From Synechococcales cyanobacterium (lineage in GTDB: Bacteria; Cyanobacteriota; Cyanobacteriia; Leptolyngbyales; Leptolyngbyaceae), in contig JAYUEU010000192.1 in assembly GCA_043739065.1 (NCBI GenBank), positions 1 through 46,201 of the forward strand: DNA of 46,201 bases. The letters run 5' to 3'. Below, piece by piece: positions 27,760-32,972 of the stretch (its first letter is position 1; each line of letters opens with the position of its first letter). The notes under the pieces were generated by a model. The model had not been told where the DNA came from. It searched no databases and saw only the letters and a program-made list of their open reading frames with translations. The position numbers and the translations under genes were made by a program.

Positions 27760-28413
27760 GTGATTTATAGCTGTGATCTGCCAAGTGGCCAAACGCTTTA
27801 TCTTCAAAACCAAGGTGATATGACCAATGCAACGGTATTGATGAAGCAATCGGGGCAACAGCAGCAGTCTGGTAGCAGCGTTATGACGGGAACTTGGCAG
27901 ATTCAGCCGGAAGTCTTTGCGATGGTTGGTGGGGCTGTTGTTCGCTTGACAACCTCGACGGGAGTTTGGTCTTTGATGGTTCAGGGGATGAGTTTGTCGG
28001 TACAGTCGGGTGCGGTAGAGATGGGCAATCAAGTGATGGGATTAACTGTGCGGTCTCAGATGCCAAATGTGGCAAGCAGTTCATTCTCAATGCCGCCTAT
28101 GACACCAATGACCTCTATGCCGCCGATGCCGCCGATGGGGATGAATATGAATCCTATGCAAATGCAGATGGGAAATATGGGGATGAGTATGGGTGGATCA
28201 TTGAGTAGCCAAGCGAGTAGTAATGTGAGTTCTAGCAGTAATTCTGGTGGGAATGGTGCGGCAAGTCTTTCGCGAGATAGCCCTTCACAAGATAGTCCAG
28301 GAAAGGCTTCTGGCAATGTGAAATCGGGCAATGTGAAATTCTGTAGCCAATGTGGGACGGGCGTGAAAGTGGACGATCGGTTTTGTTCGAGTTGCGGACA
28401 TCCGTTGCGCTAA
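27760..28413 (+). CDS. Met-rich protein with C-terminal double zinc ribbon
   Basis: 217-aa ORF (GTG start, uncertain). A 36-aa stretch contains 14 Met (MPPMTPMTSMPPMPPMGMNMNPMQMQMGNMGMSMGG, nt 28090-28197). The C-terminus is FCSQCG...FCSSCGHPL. Confidence 0.6.
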   Translation: MIYSCDLPSGQTLYLQNQGDMTNATVLMKQSGQQQQSGSSVMTGTWQIQPEVFAMVGGAVVRLTTSTGVWSLMVQGMSLSVQSGAVEMGNQVMGLTVRSQMPNVASSSFSMPPMTPMTSMPPMPPMGMNMNPMQMQMGNMGMSMGGSLSSQASSNVSSSSNSGGNGAASLSRDSPSQDSPGKASGNVKSGNVKFCSQCGTGVKVDDRFCSSCGHPLR

Positions 28414-28478
28414 CTATTGCGTTAGATAGCGGTTTCTAGGATTTAGATTATTAGGCCAGTTGGCTAAAGGAGTTTAGT

Positions 28479-29294
28479 TTGCAACATCTACACCGATCGG
28501 AACGAACAGAAATTGAACAATTTTGGACCGCAAAAGTTGCAGCGCTGGGTGCCGAATTGGGCGTGGACCGTCGTCGTGCTGAGCGTCTATTACATCGTGT
28601 GATTCATAACTATCGGAATCCTGTCGAACTCGATCGGTATGGGTTGTCTGAACCTGTGATCGGCGTGGGTGGCGTGATGCACTACGGTATGGATGCTGAG
28701 GTTGAAGATTCTTCTTGGACTATTGGATATTTTTGGCGGGCGGATGGGTTGCCGATTTGGTGTGATCCGCTATTGATAGCAAACGATCGGGGAATTACAT
28801 CTATTGAGTCGGGGCAGGAATTTTCCGATCGGTTGGTGCTGTTGTTGGGGATCAGTTCTGATTTTATGAGTTCTGATTTGACGGTGACAGTTCGCAATGG
28901 CACGTTGTATGTGTTTTTGCCGCCGATCGTTTGCGAGCTTCTGTTTTTAAAAGTGGTTCATGCCATTGAGCTGATCGCTGTATTTATGATGATGCCTGTG
29001 CGACTTGAAGGGTTTGGCCCACCTGTTGGCGACATCATTTGTGGGTTTGAGATTATGCCCGGTTTGGATATTTCTGAAGTCAATATTCATCCAGTTCAGC
29101 CTTGGCCTCAATTGTTGGTGTTTAATTCTATTTTGGAACGATCGGCAATAGCAGTGAAATTGACAATGCAGTTTTCTTGGAATGGCCAATGTTTGGAGCC
29201 AATTGAAGAAGTTGTTCAGACTGGTTTTCCTTCTAGTGTATTTCTGCGATCGGCGACTGAGACTCGATCGCTTCAAAGTGCAGTCACGGCGTAA
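28479..29294 (+). CDS. hypothetical protein resembling a fragment of DUF2126 (large transglutaminase-associated family)
   Basis: 271-aa ORF with a TTG start. LYVFLPP...PVRLEGFGPP.D...EVNIHP...W..L parallels the LH.FMPP...V.LEGY.PP.D...VTPDPGVIEVNIHPA.SW.EL block I recall from ~1100-aa DUF2126 proteins. Confidence 0.4.
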   Translation: MQHLHRSERTEIEQFWTAKVAALGAELGVDRRRAERLLHRVIHNYRNPVELDRYGLSEPVIGVGGVMHYGMDAEVEDSSWTIGYFWRADGLPIWCDPLLIANDRGITSIESGQEFSDRLVLLLGISSDFMSSDLTVTVRNGTLYVFLPPIVCELLFLKVVHAIELIAVFMMMPVRLEGFGPPVGDIICGFEIMPGLDISEVNIHPVQPWPQLLVFNSILERSAIAVKLTMQFSWNGQCLEPIEEVVQTGFPSSVFLRSATETRSLQSAVTA

Positions 29295-29470
29295 AGGGTG
29301 TTTAAAGTGACAGAGTGTTTAAAGTGAATTTACGATCGTGAGTTTGATGTTCTAGAGATTTAGGGGTGGGGGAATACTGCGATCGTCTCAGGTTGATTCA
29401 ATCTCTCCGGAAGAGGGAATATTGGAGTTGTATGCATCAGTAACCACTTTGAGATAGGGACAGTTTTGTT

Positions 29471-29911
29471 ATGGATTTTGTAACGCCGTTGTTGGGTTTG
29501 TTGGTGCCGCATTTACCGGGGTTGTTAAAGAAGGCGGCGGAAGATGTTGCGGGGGAAGGCGCGAAGAAGGCTGTGTTTGCGGCGGTGCCTGCGGGGGTGA
29601 AGGCGATTTGGGAGAAGTTGCTGCCGAAGGTCGAGAAAAATCCGGTGGCGAAGGCGAGTGTGGCGGCTGTGGTGGATCAGCCGGAGAATCAGGATTCTCT
29701 TGAGATGCTAAAGCTGGCATTGAAGCAGGTGTTGCAAGGGATCGAGAAGTCGGAACCGGAGTTGGTGGCGGAGTTGCGGAAGTTGATGGATGAGGATAAG
29801 GCGGATGCTTCGGGTGGAAATTCGGCGACAGTAACGGCAGGGACTATTTATAGTTCTGTGGTTGGTGATGGGGCGAATGTGACGCAGACGATCGGTTCTC
29901 CAGAGAAATGA
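29471..29911 (+). CDS. small alpha-helical protein (Bell/HeLo-analogous candidate) with a C-terminal amyloid-type signalling motif
   Basis: 146-aa ORF with a hydrophobic, Gly/Ala/Lys-rich helical N-terminus (MDFVTPLLGLLVPHLPGLLKKAAEDVAGEGAKKAVFAAV...). Its C-terminal 26-mer also occurs at the N-terminus of the next gene. Confidence 0.55.
   Translation: MDFVTPLLGLLVPHLPGLLKKAAEDVAGEGAKKAVFAAVPAGVKAIWEKLLPKVEKNPVAKASVAAVVDQPENQDSLEMLKLALKQVLQGIEKSEPELVAELRKLMDEDKADASGGNSATVTAGTIYSSVVGDGANVTQTIGSPEK
29819..29896 (+). other. C-terminal signalling motif NSATVTAGTIYSSVVGDGANVTQTIG
   Basis: 15 of 26 residues are identical, ungapped, to nt 30226-30303 of the downstream NLR. Confidence 0.7.
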
Positions 29912-29938
29912 ATCTTTGGTTGATCCTATAGAAGACCC

Positions 29939-30081
29939 GATCCCCTAAATCCCTCTTGAGAAAGGGGGACTATGAGAAGAAGGGAAATTATTGATGGAGA
30001 TGTGGTTTGCTTCTTTGATCTTCTCTTTCAATTTTATTTCTTAGTATCCGGTTCCCCCTTTTTAAGGGGGTTAGGGGGATC
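29939..30081. mobile_element. MITE-like hairpin element (GATCCCCTAA ... TTAGGGGGATC termini)
   Basis: The terminal inverted repeats each contain an internal hairpin (CCCTCTTgagAAAGGGGG and CCCCCTTtttAAGGGGG). The element sits in the spacer between the two partner genes. Confidence 0.5.
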
Positions 30082-30180
30082 GAGTTTATTGCAATAACCG
30101 ATCGAATCATTCAATCATTCAATTATTCAGTTCAATTATTCAATTCATCCATTCAATTTTGTATTTCTGGACATATTGTT

Positions 30181-32340
30181 ATGACGATCGTAAATCCCGA
30201 TGATAATCTCAATCTATCTGCAAAGAATTCCGCGAATGTGAATGCGGAAACAATCTACAGTTTGATCATTGGTGACAATGCGACGGTGAATCAGCAGATT
30301 ATTCAGCAGCAACGAAAAAGGAGGTTGTTTCAGCTTGCGGAGGACAGTCCTGATTTTACGGGCCGATCGCAGGAAACGGAAACTATTGAGAAGATTTTGA
30401 AGGGTGATTCTCCGACGGCGATGATTTCGGTGGTGTCGGGGATGGGCGGGGTGGGGAAATCGATGTTGGCGCGACATGTGGGAAATCGGTTGAAGGCGCA
30501 GTTTCCCGATGGACAGCTTTATGTGGATTTGTTGGGGCAGTCGGATACTTGTCGATCGGCGGATTCGGTGTTGGTTGAGTTTTTGGTGGATGGGTTTGGG
30601 GAAGATCCGCAGCATTTGCCGTTTGAGTTGGATGCGTTGCGGAAGTTGTTTCACGATCGCCTTTCTGGTTGCAAGATTTTGGTGGTGTTGGATAATGCGG
30701 GGGATGCGCTTCAGGTGGAGCCGTTGTTGCCACGGGTGCGGGGGTGCGGGGCGATCGTGACGAGTCGGGAGCCGTTGATGAATTTGGCGGGGATGACGGC
30801 GGAGAATTTTGTGTCGTTGGATGTGATGACGGAGGGGGAGGCGACGGAGCTTGTTCAACGGTTGTGTCCTAAGAAGACGGTGGATGTTGGGTTGGTGAAA
30901 TTGTTGGTGGGGCTGTGTGGGCGGTTGCCGTTGGCGTTGACGATCGTGGGGAAACTTTTGCTTCAGACGGCTTCGTTGACGCTGGTGGAGGTGATGGCGG
31001 AGTTGTCTAAGGAACGATCGCGGTTACGTGCGTTGAAGTATGTGGGAAGTGATAATCAGGTGGATGCTCGGTTGGATGTGGAGGCGAGTTTTAATTTGAG
31101 CTATGTGCGGTTGAATGAGTCGCAGCGGGGACTTTTTGAGGCGGTGGCACTGTTGCGGGGACGAGATTTTGGGCGGGAGTTGGCGGCGGTGATGGTGGGC
31201 CGGGAGGAGGCTGAGGTGCGGCGGGAGCTAGATCAGTTAGTGGCGTTGCAGTTGGTGCAGTGGGAGGTGGGGCGTTATGGGTTTCATGATTTGGTGCGGG
31301 AGTTTGGACGGGGGAAGCTGGGGGCGGAGCGGGAACAGGCGCTGACGGAGGTGGCGTTGGGCTGGTATGTGGCGATGGCGGATCAGATGAAAAAACTGTT
31401 GCTAACTGATGAATCGGTTGCAGTTAAAATGGCAATTCAGCAGTTTGAATCAGAGTGGCAAAATTTATTACAAGCAATTACGTGGTCGTCAGAAATCAAG
31501 GAAAATTCGTCAGCTATCAAGCTTTTTCAAGATGTTCAGTATTATGCGTCGTTGCGAGGATTCCGTACTCAACAATTGTTAGAAGTAGGTTTTCAGACGC
31601 TAACAACTGCTCAATTAATCGGCGATCGAGTGGGAGAAGCGAATACGTTAAAAGCGATCGGCGATGTATTGCAATTTCTAGACCAGCGTCAGGATGCGTT
31701 AAATCGATATGAAACGGCGATGGAGATTTATCGTCAAGTGGGCTCTCGACTGGGAGAAGCGAATACGTTAAAAGAGATCGGCGATGTATTGCAGTTTCTA
31801 GACCAGCGTCAGGATGCGTTAAATCGATATGAAACGGCGATGGAGATTTATCGTCAAGTGGGCGATCGACTGGGAGAAGCGAATACGTTAGACAGTTTTG
31901 CCTTAGCAAATTTTTCTGGTGAGAACTATTTGAAAGCGATTGAATGTCACCAGCAAGCACTCGACATTTTTACACTGATTGAATCTCGATATGATATTGC
32001 TTGGTCACTACGATATTTAGGAAAAGTACATCTCAAATTAGGTGATTCATGGAAAGCAAAGGAATTCTTTGAGAAAGCCGCCACACTTTTTGAAGCTTTA
32101 GAAATGGACGATTCAGCTCAAGCTTGTCAGCAGGAAATCAAAAATCTCAATCCAAATATCGTACCCGGCACCTTACCCAAAGCACCCAACATTAGCGACG
32201 ACCTCACCCCCCGCAAGAAAAAGCCACAGTTTCCCCTTTGGCAAAGTGCGATCGTCCTTCTGGTGTTGGGCATTGGCTGGCTAGCCATCAAACCCCATGC
32301 TCCCGCGCCGCAGAATGGTGAAGTGAGACAGGCGAAGTGA
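30181..32340 (+). CDS. NB-ARC STAND NTPase (bacterial NLR) with N-terminal amyloid-type motif, TPR sensor repeats and a C-terminal TM segment
   Basis: Walker A GMGGVGKSMLA, Walker B KILVVLDNA, RNBS-B-like AIVTSRE, GLPL motif CGRLPLAL and MHD-like FHDLVREF. About 6 TPR-like 40-aa units (GEANTL..IGDV....) follow, then the tail FPLWQSAIVLLVLGIGWLAI. Confidence 0.85.
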   Translation: MTIVNPDDNLNLSAKNSANVNAETIYSLIIGDNATVNQQIIQQQRKRRLFQLAEDSPDFTGRSQETETIEKILKGDSPTAMISVVSGMGGVGKSMLARHVGNRLKAQFPDGQLYVDLLGQSDTCRSADSVLVEFLVDGFGEDPQHLPFELDALRKLFHDRLSGCKILVVLDNAGDALQVEPLLPRVRGCGAIVTSREPLMNLAGMTAENFVSLDVMTEGEATELVQRLCPKKTVDVGLVKLLVGLCGRLPLALTIVGKLLLQTASLTLVEVMAELSKERSRLRALKYVGSDNQVDARLDVEASFNLSYVRLNESQRGLFEAVALLRGRDFGRELAAVMVGREEAEVRRELDQLVALQLVQWEVGRYGFHDLVREFGRGKLGAEREQALTEVALGWYVAMADQMKKLLLTDESVAVKMAIQQFESEWQNLLQAITWSSEIKENSSAIKLFQDVQYYASLRGFRTQQLLEVGFQTLTTAQLIGDRVGEANTLKAIGDVLQFLDQRQDALNRYETAMEIYRQVGSRLGEANTLKEIGDVLQFLDQRQDALNRYETAMEIYRQVGDRLGEANTLDSFALANFSGENYLKAIECHQQALDIFTLIESRYDIAWSLRYLGKVHLKLGDSWKAKEFFEKAATLFEALEMDDSAQACQQEIKNLNPNIVPGTLPKAPNISDDLTPRKKKPQFPLWQSAIVLLVLGIGWLAIKPHAPAPQNGEVRQAK
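30226..30303 (+). other. N-terminal signalling motif NSANVNAETIYSLIIGDNATVNQQII
   Basis: It matches the C-terminal motif of the upstream 146-aa ORF (NSA.V.A.TIYS...GD.A.V.Q.I). Confidence 0.7.
31621..31890 (+). repeat. 2.25 copies of a 120-bp in-frame tandem repeat inside the TPR region of the NLR
   Basis: 31621-31740 and 31741-31860 differ at 6 of 120 positions, and their second halves are 60/60 identical. 31861-31890 starts a third copy. Confidence 0.95.
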
Positions 32341-32402
32341 GACAGGGGAGAAGTTCAATATTGTAGAATAGAATAGATTTAGTCCTAATGCCCTAACCTC
32401 TT

Positions 32403-32624
32403 ATGACTTCTCTCACCGAGATTGAAACCGCCATTAGCCGTCTATCTGAACCCAACGTTCGACAGCTTGCTGATTGGTTACAAAACTATCTCAACGATCG
32501 CTGGGATAACCAAATTGAATCAGACGTTGCATCGGGTCGATTAGACGCCCTCATTGCTAAAGCCGAAGCCACGATCGATAACAACCCCGTGAGAAGTCTA
32601 GATGAAGTCCTTTACAACGGTTGA
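32403..32624 (+). CDS. putative type II antitoxin
   Basis: 73-aa ORF overlapping the downstream toxin-like ORF by 23 nt. Pattern: L.E.....LADWL.......WD.QIE.D..SGRLD.LI..A. Confidence 0.55.
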   Translation: MTSLTEIETAISRLSEPNVRQLADWLQNYLNDRWDNQIESDVASGRLDALIAKAEATIDNNPVRSLDEVLYNG

Positions 32625-32859
32625 TTTTTGGCAAGCTTACAATCAACTCTCACCCGACGTAAAAGCAAAGACTCAGAAAGCTTACCAACTCTGGCAAAAC
32701 GATCTAACCCATCCGTCACTTCACTTTAAGAAAGTAGGTAAGAACTTATGGTCCAGCCGAGTGAGTAGTAATCATCGAGCTTTAGCCCTGAAGAAAGGTG
32801 ACGATTACTAGTGGATTTGGGTAGGCACTCATGATGAATACGAAAAGTTGTTAAATTAA
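32602..32859 (+). pseudogene. RelE/ParE-superfamily-like toxin interrupted by an in-frame TAG
   Basis: The ORF ends ...ALALKKGDDY-TAG(32809-32811), but the same frame continues WIWVGTHDEYEKLLN-TAA(32857-32859). That continuation is the conserved C-terminus (W.WIG.H.EY..LL) of this toxin family. Confidence 0.55.
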
Positions 32860-32972
32860 TCCGATCGTTCTTCTGGTGATGAGCATTAGCTGAATGGCCG
32901 TAACCCCCCATGCTCCCGCGCCGTACCATGGTGAAATGAATTGTCTCATTTCACCATTATTCTAAATTTCTA

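Noticed and set aside
30214-30858. 214-aa antisense ORF (plus 30383-30733 and 31517-31960) inside the NB-ARC gene.
   Set aside because: The composition is extremely Arg/His/Pro/Gln-rich, typical of the reverse frame of a real gene. The plus-strand frame carries the full set of NB-ARC motifs, so these are shadow ORFs.
31621-31890. Considered whether the 120-bp repeats (or any other repeats in the window) form a CRISPR array.
   Set aside because: The repeats are contiguous with no spacers, in-frame and coding for TPR units. I saw no short repeat/spacer periodicity anywhere in the window.
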